64,000 bases of DNA from Trueperaceae bacterium (GTDB lineage Bacteria > Deinococcota > Deinococci > Deinococcales > Trueperaceae): the NCBI GenBank assembly GCA_965214405.1, contig OZ243956.1, positions 736,001-800,000 on the forward strand, read 5' to 3'. Position 1 is the stretch's first letter. Every line of letters starts with the position of its first letter. The translations under genes and the position numbers were made by a program. Positions 1-10,496 of the stretch are shown in pieces. The notes beneath the pieces were generated by a model. It was not told the DNA's origin and did no database searches. It saw only the letters and a list, made by a program, of their open reading frames with translations.

Positions 1-154
1 TCGGGACACTTCCGCCGAGCATTCGAGTAGGGGCGGGACGCTCAACTTTGGCCTCCATACTGCCCCAACTCCCGCAACGGGGACAGCGGCCCATCTGCAC
101 GGGCGACTGCGTGCCGCATTCGGTACAGACGTAGCTGGTCGACGTTTTAGCCAT
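1..154 (-). CDS. radA: DNA repair protein RadA/Sms, N-terminus (runs off the window edge)
   Basis: Not in the ORF track. The minus strand from ATG at 154 reads MAKTSTSYVCTECGTQSPVQMGRCPRCGSWGS, the RadA CxxC-CxxC zinc finger. It follows clpC, a conserved adjacency. Confidence 0.9.
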   Translation of the reverse strand, partial: MAKTSTSYVCTECGTQSPVQMGRCPRCGSWGSMEAKVERPAPTRMLGGSVP

Positions 155-240
155 AACGAATTCTCAACACCCGTTTATTTTACCTTGAAGGTCGCGCGCG
201 CGGGGCGCACTGTGAGCAAATTCGCAAGTGAAACCACAGC

Positions 241-267
241 AAAAAGCCGGAAGTGCGTACTCCCGGC
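241..267 (-). terminator. Intrinsic terminator after clpC
   Basis: Minus strand GCCGGGAGT-acgc-ACTTCCGGC followed by TTTTT. Confidence 0.7.
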
Positions 268-322
268 CCGACTAGCCCACGCACCATGTAGAGGCAAAAA
301 AGAAGCGAAGAGCTTTTGTCCC

Positions 323-378
323 TACTCTCCGCTTCTCACTTTTTACTCGCCACTCACCACTAAGCATTCACCACTTTC
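323..378. repeat. Degenerate heptamer tandem repeat, 8 units
   Basis: tactctc cgcttct cactttt tactcgc cactcac cactaag cattcac cactttc. Confidence 0.55.
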
Positions 379-390
379 AGGCGCTCGCGT

Positions 391-2595
391 CTAAACCATC
401 GGCACGGGCCGCGCGAACACAACTTTCTCGTCTTCGACGGTCACAATGAGGCCGTCGCCGGAGCCGTGGGTGAGCAGCTCGAGCGACAGCGGGTCCTCGA
501 TATGCTCGCGCAACACCGCGCGGAGGGGCCGCGCGCTTTCGCCTTTGGGCATTTTGGACACCAAGAACGACGCCACCTCGCTGCTAAAGGTGACTTGGAT
601 GTCGCGGCTCGAGAGTTCGTCGCGGATTTCTTCTAACATCCCGTTGGCGATGTACAAGACGCCCTGCTCGTCAAAGGTTTGAAAGGGGATCACTTCGTCC
701 AAGCGGTCCAAAAATTCGGGGCTGAAAATGCCTTTTAAGGGACTCTGCACATCTTTACCGATGTTTTGGAAGCCGACGCCGGGGCCGGTATTAAAGCCCG
801 TGTTCGAGGTCATGATGAGAATCACGCGGCGGAAGTCCACGGTGCGGCCTAAACCGTCGGTCAAACGACCGTCGTCGAGCACCTGCAAAAACGTGTTGTA
901 AATGTCCGGGTGCGCTTTCTCAATTTCATCCAAAAGCACCACCGAGAAGGGCTGACGGCGCACCGCCTCGGTCAGGCGTCCCCCCTGCTCGTGCCCGACG
1001 TAGCCGGGAGGCGCGCCGATAAGTTTGCTTATCGCGTGGCCCTCTTGATATTCGGACATGTCAAGCCTGACCAACGCGCGTTCGGAGCCGAACAGTTCAA
1101 CCGCGAGCTGTTTGGCGAGGTAGGTTTTACCGGTGCCCGAGGGGCCGACGAATAGGAACGAGGCCGATACTCGAGTTCGCCCCCCCAGCCCCACCCGCGC
1201 GCGCCGCAACGCCGCGCCGAGCGCGTTGATGGCCTTGTTCTGACCTACCACATGACGCTTTAAGGCGCTCTCAATGTTGGCGAGCTTTTCGTCGTCCTGG
1301 TCGTCCACATAGATGCCGCCCCACGAGTTGATGACCGCTTCGATGTCCTCGCGGCTCACCACCGGGGTGCCGTCCTCTTCTTCTAGCACGGGAAAACCGA
1401 GCGACTTGTTGAGCCGCGTGCGCGCCGCCGCCTCGTCGATGAGGTCGATGGCCTTGTCGGGAAAGTTGCGGCCCGGCAAGGAGCGTTCGCCGTAACGGAC
1501 GGAAACTTCTAAGATTTGCTCGGGGATGAGGACGCCGTGGTGCGTTTCGTAGCGCTCGCGCAGGCCGTGGAGGATTTCAAGCGTTTCTTCGGGGGAAGGC
1601 TCGAGCACAATCACCGGCTGAAAGCGCCGCTCCAACGCCGCGTCTTTTTCGATGTAGCGGTGATACTCGCCCGTGGTCGTCGCGCCGATCACCTGCACCT
1701 CGCCGCGCGAGAGAGGGGGCTTGAGGATGTTCGCGGCGTCCAGCGTTCCTTCCGCGCCGCCCGCGCCCACGAGCGTGTGAAGCTCGTCGATAAAGGCGAC
1801 GACCTTGGCCGCGCGGAGTTCTTCAATTACTTGCCTTAAGCGTTCTTCAAACTCACCGCGGTACTTTGTGCCCGCGACGATGTTCGACAGGTCAATCGAC
1901 AAGACCCGGTGGTTACGCAGGTTCGGCGGCACCCGGCCTTCGATGACGGCTTTGGCTAAACCCTCAACGATGGCCGTCTTGCCCACGCCGGGTTCGCCAA
2001 TCAGGACGGGATTATTCTTGGTGCGGCGGGAGAGAATTTGGATGACGCGCCGAATCTCTTCGGTCCGGCCAATCACGGGGTCAAGTTTGCCCTCGCGCGC
2101 CGCCTTGGTGAGGTCTCTGGCGTACTCGTCCAGAAAGGGTGTGTTGACCGTTTCGGGCTGGCCCTTGGGGTCGGCGGCGGCGAGAATGCGCCAGCGCACC
2201 GTGTCCACGTCTCGAGTCAAGCCTTGCAGGATGCGGTAGGCCACCCCGTCGCCCTCGCGGATGATGCCCAACAAAATGTGCTCGGTGGCAATCACGTTCG
2301 AGCCGAGCGAACGCGCCTCAGAGCCCGCCAACTCCATCACGCGCCGCGCCCGCGGGGTGATGGCGGCGGTTTCGTTGCGGGGCAAGCCGTCGCCGCGGCC
2401 CACCATCTCTTCGACCTGGCGGCGGAAACCTTCCAGGGTCGCGCCGAACTCGCTCAGGACGCGGCTCGCGGTGCCGCCCTCGCGCATGAGGCCCAAGAGC
2501 AGGTGCTCGGGGCCGATCATCGCGTGGCCTAGCTTCGACCCCTCTTCTCTGGCAAAGTGAAACACCAGTCTCGCGCGGTCATCGTATCTATTCAT
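391..2595 (-). CDS. clpC: ATP-dependent Clp protease ATP-binding subunit (ClpC/ClpA class)
   Basis: Two Clp-N repeats (EHLLLG, EHILLG), D1 Walker A GEPGVGKT and Walker B FIDELH, D2 GPSGTGKT and LLDEIEKAHP, VGF ClpP-docking loop, no long coiled-coil M domain. Confidence 0.9.
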   Translation of the reverse strand: MNRYDDRARLVFHFAREEGSKLGHAMIGPEHLLLGLMREGGTASRVLSEFGATLEGFRRQVEEMVGRGDGLPRNETAAITPRARRVMELAGSEARSLGSNVIATEHILLGIIREGDGVAYRILQGLTRDVDTVRWRILAAADPKGQPETVNTPFLDEYARDLTKAAREGKLDPVIGRTEEIRRVIQILSRRTKNNPVLIGEPGVGKTAIVEGLAKAVIEGRVPPNLRNHRVLSIDLSNIVAGTKYRGEFEERLRQVIEELRAAKVVAFIDELHTLVGAGGAEGTLDAANILKPPLSRGEVQVIGATTTGEYHRYIEKDAALERRFQPVIVLEPSPEETLEILHGLRERYETHHGVLIPEQILEVSVRYGERSLPGRNFPDKAIDLIDEAAARTRLNKSLGFPVLEEEDGTPVVSREDIEAVINSWGGIYVDDQDDEKLANIESALKRHVVGQNKAINALGAALRRARVGLGGRTRVSASFLFVGPSGTGKTYLAKQLAVELFGSERALVRLDMSEYQEGHAISKLIGAPPGYVGHEQGGRLTEAVRRQPFSVVLLDEIEKAHPDIYNTFLQVLDDGRLTDGLGRTVDFRRVILIMTSNTGFNTGPGVGFQNIGKDVQSPLKGIFSPEFLDRLDEVIPFQTFDEQGVLYIANGMLEEIRDELSSRDIQVTFSSEVASFLVSKMPKGESARPLRAVLREHIEDPLSLELLTHGSGDGLIVTVEDEKVVFARPVPMV

Positions 2596-2936
2596 CGCCG
2601 TTCCTGTTCATGGGTATGGTCATGGTCACGTCATTAGTATGGACTTGATGGTCGTGTCTACCCTTAGTTTTGCGCAACGTAAAGCCCCTCTTTCGTACCG
2701 TAACGCGCATCATAGCGCGCGGGGTGGGCGTCCGCCTGTGACCGAAGGGTAACGGGCGACGAGAAAGGCGGAAGATGGTCCTATGTGCATAATGTTATAC
2801 TACGCGCTCACTGGGGGGCCTGAAAGGGCTTCTGTTACTTTCGCCTAGAAATATCACGAGAAACATGTGGGCAGATTGACCACAGCAATCACCGTTCCTT
2901 CATTCCCTTGTGTACACCCTATTTTGAGGAGCCGCC

Positions 2937-3881
2937 ATGTACTTTCAGGATATCATACTCCAACTCGACCGCTTCTGGGCCGACCACGGCTGCGTCATCG
3001 CGCAACCCCACGACGCCGAGGTGGGCGCGGGCACGTTTTATCCCACGACTTTTTTGAAAGCCTTGGGGCCTGAACCCTGGCGGGTGGCGGGCGTGGCCCC
3101 GAGTCGGCGTCCCGGCGACGGGCGCTACGGCGATAATCCCTACCGTTTTCAGTATTTTTTCCAGTACCAGGTCCTGCTTAAACCCTCGCCCTTAGACGTG
3201 CAGGCGCTTTATTTAGAATCACTTTACGCCCTGGGCATCGACCCGCACGCGCACGACATTCGCTTTGTCGAGGACAACTGGGAGTCGCCGACGCTAGGCG
3301 CGTGGGGGCTCGGCTGGGAGGTGTGGATGGACGGGATGGAGATTACCCAGTTCACCTACTTTCAGCAGGTCGGCGGCGTGGACGTAAAGCCGGTGTCGGT
3401 CGAGCTTACCTACGGGTTAGAACGCCTCGCTATGTACCTGCAAAACAAGGGGCATACTTTTGATGTTGAGTACGCGCCCGGCGTGAGTATCGGCGCGTTG
3501 CGGCGCGACTTCGAGGTGCAGAGCTGCGACTACAACTTTAACCACGTCAACGTCGAGCTTCAGCGCAGCCTGTTCGACGCCTTTGAGGGGGAGGCGCGGC
3601 GTTTGTTGGCGTTGGGCCTCATCTACCCTGCGTACGAATTCGTCCTCAAGACGAGTCACGCGTTCAATCTGCTCGAGGCGAGGGGCGCGCTTTCACATAC
3701 GGAGCGGCAAGCCTACGTGCAGCGTGTGCGGCGCTTGAGCGAGGGCACGGCCAAGGCGTATCTGGCGAGCCTAGCATCCGGCTCAGAATCCTCTTTAGCA
3801 TCCTCTGATGTAAGCCCTACGGATTCAAAACCTGCTGGTTCAGAGTCTACGGGTTCAAAATCCAATGTGGCGGCGGCTTGA
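2937..3881 (+). CDS. glyQ: Glycine--tRNA ligase alpha subunit
   Basis: [60 protein letters not shown]. Confidence 0.97.
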   Translation: MYFQDIILQLDRFWADHGCVIAQPHDAEVGAGTFYPTTFLKALGPEPWRVAGVAPSRRPGDGRYGDNPYRFQYFFQYQVLLKPSPLDVQALYLESLYALGIDPHAHDIRFVEDNWESPTLGAWGLGWEVWMDGMEITQFTYFQQVGGVDVKPVSVELTYGLERLAMYLQNKGHTFDVEYAPGVSIGALRRDFEVQSCDYNFNHVNVELQRSLFDAFEGEARRLLALGLIYPAYEFVLKTSHAFNLLEARGALSHTERQAYVQRVRRLSEGTAKAYLASLASGSESSLASSDVSPTDSKPAGSESTGSKSNVAAA

Positions 3882-6022
3882 TGGCAGAGTTGCTATTCGA
3901 ACTCGGCACCGAGGAGTTGCCGAGCTGGTACGTGGTGCAGGCCAAAGCGGCGGCGGCGGAACTTATGAAGGCGGGCCTCGAGGGGGCGGGCCTCGCATAC
4001 ACCTCCCTCACCTCCTACGCGACCCCGCGGCGCATCGCGGTCAGGGTGGGGGGCTTGAGCGACACGAGCCGCGCCCGCACCGAAAAGCGGCGCGGCCCGG
4101 CGGAGGGCGTCGCGTTTGACGGGGCGGGAAAGCCCACCAAAGCCGCCGTGGGCTTCGCGCGCGCCTCAGGCGTCCCTCCCGAAAATCTTGTGGTTGAAGA
4201 AACCGAGCGGGGCCGCTACGTGTTCGCCCTCCTCGAGGAGGGCGGCGAGCGCGCCGCGGACGTTTTGCCGCCCCTTCTGACAAGCCTGGTCGAACGCTTT
4301 CCCGCGCCGCGCAAGATGCGCTGGGCGGACGTGCCCACGCCCTTCGTGCGCCCCGTCGCCTGGTGCGTGGCGCTTTTGGACGACGCGGTGCTGCCGCTCA
4401 GCGTTGCAGGCGTTCATTCGGGCAACGTCACGCGCGGGCACCGCTTTTTGGGGCCGCAGGCGCTGGTGCTGGAGAGTCCGGCAGGCTATGTGGACGCGCT
4501 CGAGGCCGCCTTTGTCTTGCCCGACGTGGACGCGCGTGAGGCGCGGACCTGGGAGGTTGCGGAGGCGACGGCGGGCGAGGCGGGGCTCGAGCTCCTACAC
4601 GACGCCGCACTTTTACAAGAGGTCGCGGGGCTTATCGAGTGGCCCGTGGGGGTGCTCGGGACGTTTGACAAGGCGTATTTAGAGCTACCCGAAGAGGTGC
4701 TCGTCACCATCATGATTCACCACCAGCGCTTCTTCCCGACGCGGGACAAGTCAGGAAAACTCGCCCCGCGTTTTGTGAGCGTGTCCAACAACAAAGTGCC
4801 CGACGAAAGCGTTATCCGCGAGGGCTACGAGCGCGTGCTCGGCGGGCGACTCTTCGACGCCCGCTTTTTCTGGGAGGCGGACCGGCGTAAGAGGTTGCTC
4901 GAGCACGCGCAGGGTCTCGAGGGCATCGGCTTTCAAAGGGACTTGGGCACGATGGCCGACAAGGTCGCGCGGGTGGGCGGGACGGCGCGGCGGCTCGGCG
5001 AACGGCTGGGGCTGTCCGAAACCGAGCGGGACACCCTGTCACGCGCCGCGCCCCTTTTTCGCGCTGACCTAAGCACGCAAATGGTCTTCGAATTGCCCGA
5101 GTTGGAGGGCGTGATGGCGAGGGCTTACGCGCTCGCCGAGGGCTATCCGGCTATGGTGGCGGCGGCGTTAGAAGACGGCGTCAAGCCCACCGGACCGGGC
5201 GCGCCGCTCCCCGCCTCGCGCGCGGGCGCGCTCCTCGCGGTGGCCGACCGTGCGGACAAGCTCATGGGCTTTTTCGCGCTTGGCAAACGCCCGACGGGCT
5301 CGGCGGACCCCTTTGGGCTGCGGCGCGACGCCACCGCCCTCGCGCGGACGCTCAACGCGCAGGGCTGGCCTTTGAGTCTGGACGAGGTTGTGGCGGACGC
5401 CGGGGCGGGGTACGGCTCGAGCCCCGCAGAGACGTCCAAAGTAGACCTATCCAAAGGTGTCCGAGAAGACGTCGTCTCGTTCCTATGGGACCGCGTCGCC
5501 GGGCTCTTAACCGACGAGGGCGTCCGCCCCGAACTCGTCAAGGCCGCCGTGGCCGACGCGCCGCCCGTCGTCACCGCTGCGCGGCGCGCACACCTGCTGA
5601 GGGCGCTCAGTCAAGAAGAAGACTTTGACGCGCTCCTCACGCTCTACAAACGCGCCGCGAACCTAAGCGTGCAGGCCGACGCGGGCGCGGTTGTCGACCC
5701 CGCGCGCTTTACCGACCTTCACGAAGCGCCCCTTTACGAGGCGCTGCCTGGCGCGCGGGGGGCCGTCCAAGAGCTTCTAAAAGAGGCGGAGCGAACGCTC
5801 GAGCCCTGGGACTTGGGCCGCGGCCCGGCAAAAAAGCTCCCCAACCTCGACGGGACCATCGCGGACGTTCTCGCGCTCAAGAACCCGCTCGATTCATTTC
5901 TGGACAACGTGTTGGTCATGGTCGACGACGAGGCGGTGAGGCAAAATAGGCTGGCGCTGCTTTTAGAGGTGAGAAACGCACTGCGCGCTTTGGGGGCGTT
6001 AGAAGCGTTGGAAGGACTCTAG
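3878..6022 (+). CDS. glyS: Glycine--tRNA ligase beta subunit
   Basis: [18 protein letters not shown]...[33 protein letters not shown]; overlaps the glyQ stop. Confidence 0.97.
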   Translation: MMAELLFELGTEELPSWYVVQAKAAAAELMKAGLEGAGLAYTSLTSYATPRRIAVRVGGLSDTSRARTEKRRGPAEGVAFDGAGKPTKAAVGFARASGVPPENLVVEETERGRYVFALLEEGGERAADVLPPLLTSLVERFPAPRKMRWADVPTPFVRPVAWCVALLDDAVLPLSVAGVHSGNVTRGHRFLGPQALVLESPAGYVDALEAAFVLPDVDAREARTWEVAEATAGEAGLELLHDAALLQEVAGLIEWPVGVLGTFDKAYLELPEEVLVTIMIHHQRFFPTRDKSGKLAPRFVSVSNNKVPDESVIREGYERVLGGRLFDARFFWEADRRKRLLEHAQGLEGIGFQRDLGTMADKVARVGGTARRLGERLGLSETERDTLSRAAPLFRADLSTQMVFELPELEGVMARAYALAEGYPAMVAAALEDGVKPTGPGAPLPASRAGALLAVADRADKLMGFFALGKRPTGSADPFGLRRDATALARTLNAQGWPLSLDEVVADAGAGYGSSPAETSKVDLSKGVREDVVSFLWDRVAGLLTDEGVRPELVKAAVADAPPVVTAARRAHLLRALSQEEDFDALLTLYKRAANLSVQADAGAVVDPARFTDLHEAPLYEALPGARGAVQELLKEAERTLEPWDLGRGPAKKLPNLDGTIADVLALKNPLDSFLDNVLVMVDDEAVRQNRLALLLEVRNALRALGALEALEGL

Positions 6023-6133
6023 GCTAAAGCGGTAGCTAAGTCTGCCGCTCTTTGACGCGCGCTGTAAAAATGTCAGATGTTTGAGTTCTTTGAGGCACGT
6101 GGGCATGGCCTTACTCTCTACCTCTTATAACCT

Positions 6134-6916
6134 CTAGCCCCCATGCGCGAAGTCGGGATCGTCCGTCATGCCGCCGTCCACAAACACCGACGTCCCCGTC
6201 ACGTAGCCCGCCGTGTCCGACGCGAGCATCACGGCCATGTTGGCAACGTCCGAGGTTTCGCCGATGCGCCCCAAGGGGATTTTACCGAGCAGGTCTTTAG
6301 ACATCGTCGGGTCCGCCCACACGGTGCGGTTGATGGGGGTTCTGATGGCCCCCGGCGCGAGCGCGACGACCCGCACGCCGTGGGGCGCGGCTTCTTGCGA
6401 GAGTGTCCGGGTGAGCATGGAGACACCCGCCTTGGCCGAAGTGTAGGCACTGTAGCCCGTCCAGGGGATGATCTCGTGGACAGAAGAGAGGTTCAAGATG
6501 ACACCCTTACCTTGGGGCACCATCCGCTTGAGCGCCTCGTGCGCGCAGTAGAACGCCCCGAAGAGATTGACCTCCAAGACTTTACGCCAGGCCGCCAAAT
6601 CGGTTTCCCAGGCGACTTGACGCGCCCCGTCAATACCCGCGTTGTTGACTAAGACGTCCAGACCGCCCCACGCCTCGTCCACCTGCGCAAACATACTCGC
6701 AACTTGTTCAGGGTTCGACACATCGGCCTCGAGCGCCAGCGCCTTGACGCCGCCCGCTTCCAAACGTTTCACGACCGCCTCAGCGTCTTCGGGTCTGGCG
6801 ACGTAGTTGACCACCACGTCCGCGCCCGCCGCGCCGAACGCCTCCGCGACGGCCTCGCCGATGCCCGAGTTTGCGCCCGTGACGAGCGCGCGTTTGCCTG
6901 CTAGAGAAATCTCCAT
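6134..6916 (-). CDS. SDR oxidoreductase, glucose 1-dehydrogenase-like
   Basis: TGANSGIG, NNAG, SSVHEIIPW, catalytic YTSAK. Confidence 0.9.
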   Translation of the reverse strand: MEISLAGKRALVTGANSGIGEAVAEAFGAAGADVVVNYVARPEDAEAVVKRLEAGGVKALALEADVSNPEQVASMFAQVDEAWGGLDVLVNNAGIDGARQVAWETDLAAWRKVLEVNLFGAFYCAHEALKRMVPQGKGVILNLSSVHEIIPWTGYSAYTSAKAGVSMLTRTLSQEAAPHGVRVVALAPGAIRTPINRTVWADPTMSKDLLGKIPLGRIGETSDVANMAVMLASDTAGYVTGTSVFVDGGMTDDPDFAHGG

Positions 6917-7030
6917 CTCGACCTTCTTTCAGCGCCGCTAAAGAGCAGCGAGGCGCGTGATATGCCCTTCTGGTGGTCCCGTTTAATGGTCCCGCGAATC
7001 CACAAATTAAAAGGGTGTGCGAAGCGCTCG

Positions 7031-7105
7031 GTGGGGCGTAGACATGTGGGGCGTAGACATGTGGGGCGTAGACATGTGGGGCGTAGACATGTGGGGCGTA
7101 GACAT
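7031..7105. repeat. Perfect tandem repeat, 5 x 15 bp (GTGGGGCGTAGACAT)
   Basis: Five identical contiguous units with no spacers, intergenic. Confidence 0.97.
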
Positions 7106-7307
7106 ACCGTAGCACTCCCGACCGTCGCACCAATCGGCCCTCCCCAGACCCTCGAGGCGCGTCAGCCGTGCTCAGCTTATACGAAGTTCACCGCGCGCGT
7201 CACCTTCCCGAATCAATTTTAATGGGTCTCGGCTGAGAAGCCGACTGGTTTTTGGCTGAGAGGGACCCGGGCAGCACCGTTCCAGACCATAATTTATGAT
7301 CTTAGTC

Positions 7308-7337
7308 TTGCCCAAACCAGACGATACCTGCTATACT
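7308..7337 (+). promoter_or_regulatory. Sigma70-type promoter of tRNA-Ser
   Basis: TTGCCC-N18-TATACT with extended -10 TG, 16 bp upstream of the tRNA. Confidence 0.65.
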
Positions 7338-7353
7338 TTTCTGGCCCGCTTAC

Positions 7354-7446
<93 letters not shown>

Positions 7447-7455
7447 GGACGAGAG

Positions 7456-7495
7456 AACCGCCTCGAGGAAACGATAAGCCTCGAGGCGGTTTTTC
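7456..7495 (+). terminator. Intrinsic terminator after tRNA-Ser
   Basis: AACCGCCTCGAGG / CCTCGAGGCGGTT stem followed by a T run. Confidence 0.8.
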
Positions 7496-7948
7496 GCTCT
7501 TCCCGCATTTCCCCCCGCCGCTATCCGCAGATGGGGCAAAAATGCTCGCTTTTCAAGCCGAAAAGCTCGTTCACCGTCACGGCGCTCACGAACTACTTAC
7601 TGCGGTCGTTTTCACGCTCATCTGCTACGGCTATGGTGGCGGCTTATAAGGCGAGGTAGGCTCTGTGCGGAGTTCATGTTCGCTGCCGTTATCTTCCCGC
7701 CACAGAGGGTGCTGAGTCAGCGGCGGTCGAGTCACTTCAGGTACGGACCTGCCGAGTGGGGTGACGCTGTTTGACATATGGACGACGGTTCAAGCTGAAA
7801 AAGTAGGCGGGCTTCTTATGGAGCTAACGGCCCGTACTGTCACCCGAGATTATACCGCTAAACCCCCGCACGTCGGCATCTGTTACCGAACCCAGGCTTT
7901 TAAGCGAAGCTCGGCAGCTCATTTGAGACTCACGTGCGTAAGCCGTGT

Positions 7949-7988
7949 TCTCCACCAGCGTCCCAATAGTGTGGTGCGCTGGTGGAGA
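7949..7988. repeat. 12-bp perfect inverted repeat, possible terminator for the minus-strand gene cluster
   Basis: TCTCCACCAGCG-N16-CGCTGGTGGAGA. Confidence 0.5.
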
Positions 7989-8070
7989 GTAGCAACACCC
8001 CCGCCTGACGGAGCTCTGCTCATCTACAAGCCGCCTGCGGGGGGCAAACGCGGCTCCTGAGCCGGTCTGT

Positions 8071-8436
8071 CTAGTCGCGGGCGTCACCCTTTCGCAGCAG
8101 CGGGGCGAACTGCAGCCAGCCGAGGTGCATGAGCACGCGGAACATCAGCGCGCCGGGCGGGGCGCTGCCGAAAACGGTCACCGCCTCGGCCGCGAGGGTG
8201 ACCAGGACGTACCAGGCGGCGGCGCCCGCGTGCGCACGCCGGACCCACCGGTCGGGGGGCTCGCCCGGCTGGACAAAGACGACCGCGGCCACGGGCACGA
8301 TAAAGAGCAACACCGCCACTCAGGCGGGCAAGAGCGGCTGCAAGAGGTCGGCCAAGTAGCTGACCTGCCCGAATACGCCGACGACCACGCACCACAGTGA
8401 CCAGGTGTTAAGCCGGAGCACAGGTTCGCCCGACAC
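8071..8436 (-). pseudogene. Small membrane protein with an internal TGA
   Basis: One hydrophobic frame: VSGEPVLRLNTWSLWCVVVGVFG...LLPA*VAVLLFIVP..., with the stop at 8322-8320. Confidence 0.5.
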
Positions 8437-8524
8437 TGCTGTGACCGGGCCGCCATCGTAACGCCCACGTGACCAAGACGCCCGGACTACCCGCTATGTC
8501 CCGCGTGTTTATGATCCGCCCCTC

Positions 8525-8968
8525 TCACAGCCGAATATGGACGCGGTCACTTTGCTCTTGGGCGTCCTCTTGGTCCTCGGCGCCAGGTTGCCACGAGGTT
8601 CCGGTCTCCTCCTGGACAGTACGGACGAGCATCCGCGCCGTGACGTAGGCGTCGCCGATGGCGCTGTGTTGCCAGGTTTGGACGGCCTGGTTGCCCAGTT
8701 CCCGGAGGAAAATGCGGCGGGCGACGGTGTAAAGACACCCCGCCCAGAACTTCTTCTCACCCAGGGTCGGGAAGCGTTCGCCTAAGTCGAAGTCGCAACC
8801 CGGGTAGCGCTCGAGTTCGTCCCAGTTTTTCAGTCTAGCGACGTAGCCCCGCTCTTCGTCCGTTCGCGCGACCTCCCCGCCGACTTGGAGGGCGAAAACG
8901 ACCAGCGAGCGAAGACGCCGGTTAGCCACGTTGAGGTACTGCTCGCCGATCAAGATAGCGCTCGACAT
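8525..8968 (-). CDS. Hypothetical protein, immunity-protein-like size and context
   Basis: 147-aa ORF with GGAGGGAG RBS and protein-like composition. Confidence 0.65.
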   Translation of the reverse strand: MSSAILIGEQYLNVANRRLRSLVVFALQVGGEVARTDEERGYVARLKNWDELERYPGCDFDLGERFPTLGEKKFWAGCLYTVARRIFLRELGNQAVQTWQHSAIGDAYVTARMLVRTVQEETGTSWQPGAEDQEDAQEQSDRVHIRL

Positions 8969-9098
8969 TCGGGTTCACTCCCTCCGCGCAACGTTTGACC
9001 AATTAGCGGCGCAAAATCCGCTAACGGTTAGAAGATGATAACGCGGACGTTTTGCTCAAACCGTTGCGTCTCGCGGCCGCTGCACTGGCTCATGCGGC

Positions 9099-9401
9099 TT
9101 ATCCGGCGAGTAGAGCGCGGGTTTCGCCCCGGCAGTACAGCTCGCTTCCGACCGGGACGTCCGCCTTTTCCGCCTTTAACATCACGGTGACGGCCCAGAG
9201 GCTGCCCCCGCCAGACAGCCGGAAGTGCATCGGCTGGAAGCCCGCCTCAAACTCGGCGCGGCTCCCGTCGGGTCTCACAAGCAGCACCGGCTCCGCAAAC
9301 GAGCGAAACCGCCCCTCCGGCGGCAGCGGAAAGTCTGGATAGAGGACCACGCCCCGCCCGGCGATAAGAAAGCGAGCTTCAACGTCGAGCAGCTTCACCA
9401 T
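9099..9401 (-). CDS. Hypothetical small beta-rich protein
   Basis: 100 aa; VEARFLIAGRGVVL resembles EF-Tu domain II-like small proteins. Confidence 0.6.
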   Translation of the reverse strand: MVKLLDVEARFLIAGRGVVLYPDFPLPPEGRFRSFAEPVLLVRPDGSRAEFEAGFQPMHFRLSGGGSLWAVTVMLKAEKADVPVGSELYCRGETRALLAG

Positions 9402-9414
9402 GATCTAGTGGGGT

Positions 9415-9945
9415 CTAGCGGCCCGGCCGGTCATTACCGTCATGACTCTGTCGGCATGACTCCGCCGGGTCGCCGTAAATCATGTGCTTTAAGAGCCCGA
9501 CCAGCGAGCGGTCGCGGTTGAGCGGGACGCCGTCGCCCAGGAGGAGGAGACGGAACTCGCCGGTCTCGAGGTCGAAAACCTGCTCGGCGCTGTTGCCGTC
9601 GTATCCGAGCAGGAGGTACGTGGGGGTCCGCGGCATCTTTAGCGGCTCGTAGCGGATTTCGAAGTGTCCCTGAGCGTTTGTGCCTGACGTTGACCGCATA
9701 AACCAGATCACCGCGTTCTGCTCGCCGATTTCCCGGAGCGGCGACAGATAGCCGCGCTGCGTTTCGATCCCGTTGGTGACGCGCAAGAGCCGCAAGTAGT
9801 CTTCGGGAATCATGAGCTCGAGCTCGCGACGAATCCTCTCAGCCGTTCCGCTCAGTTCGTCCTCCGGTAGCGGCGGCTTCAGATAAACGCCGAGCTGATC
9901 GGCTTTGGATGCCACACGTTCTAAAAACCCCTCGACGGTCTCCAC
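9415..9945 (-). CDS. SMI1/KNR4 (SUKH) family immunity-type protein
   Basis: PPLPEDEL...IPEDYLRLLRVTNG core. GTG start at 9945 chosen from the upstream TATACT and GAGGGG RBS. Confidence 0.7.
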   Translation of the reverse strand: METVEGFLERVASKADQLGVYLKPPLPEDELSGTAERIRRELELMIPEDYLRLLRVTNGIETQRGYLSPLREIGEQNAVIWFMRSTSGTNAQGHFEIRYEPLKMPRTPTYLLLGYDGNSAEQVFDLETGEFRLLLLGDGVPLNRDRSLVGLLKHMIYGDPAESCRQSHDGNDRPGR

Positions 9946-10079
9946 AGGCTTTCCCCTCTCGAGCAGTATACAAAGACGCGCAAGGCTGAGCGTGCAAAGG
10001 CGGAATGGGAGCGACAAAACCCGCCGACGCCTAGACGGGGAAGAAAGCACCAGCCCATCCTCGTCCGCGAGAAACACCG

Positions 10080-10496
10080 TCAGCCCTGGATGTGGCGTAC
10101 CTCGCTCACGCGACCATCGGTGCCAAAGGTGATCAATACGCTGTCGCAATCAATGATGTTGTAGCCGAGCGCGTACTTGAGCGTCGCCGCGTCTTCACCG
10201 TCCGGCGGGCCGAGCAAGGTCAGCACCTCGGCCTTGGTCGGGCGTTCGCGCAGCAGCTTGTCTGAAAGCTCCCTGTACATACCCAGGCGCGGATTACTTG
10301 CGCATCCCATCGTCGACTGCCGCCAGAGCGCGGCGTCGAAACTTCGGACGCCGCCGCCGGGAAAGTCCCTGAGCATGAAAAATCCGATAGCAGAGACAAA
10401 AACAAACAACAGCGCGCCACTCATAACGAGGCCACCCATCAGCAGGAGCCACGGCGAGCGGCGGCGCGGTTTCGTCTCCCGAGGTTTGTCCTGCAC
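10080..10496 (-). CDS. Membrane-anchored protein with SmpA/OmlA-like motif
   Basis: N-terminal TM helix, FDAALW, TKAEVLTLLGPPD, FGTDGRV; GAGGAGG RBS. Confidence 0.7.
   Translation of the reverse strand: MQDKPRETKPRRRSPWLLLMGGLVMSGALLFVFVSAIGFFMLRDFPGGGVRSFDAALWRQSTMGCASNPRLGMYRELSDKLLRERPTKAEVLTLLGPPDGEDAATLKYALGYNIIDCDSVLITFGTDGRVSEVRHIQG

Noticed and set aside
2790..2936. T-box riboswitch upstream of glyQS
   Set aside because: A GAAA-capped hairpin is present near 2814-2832, but I find no GGTGGnACC antiterminator bulge or terminator.
7031..7105. CRISPR array
   Set aside because: Units are 15 bp and contiguous with no spacers, and there are no cas genes.
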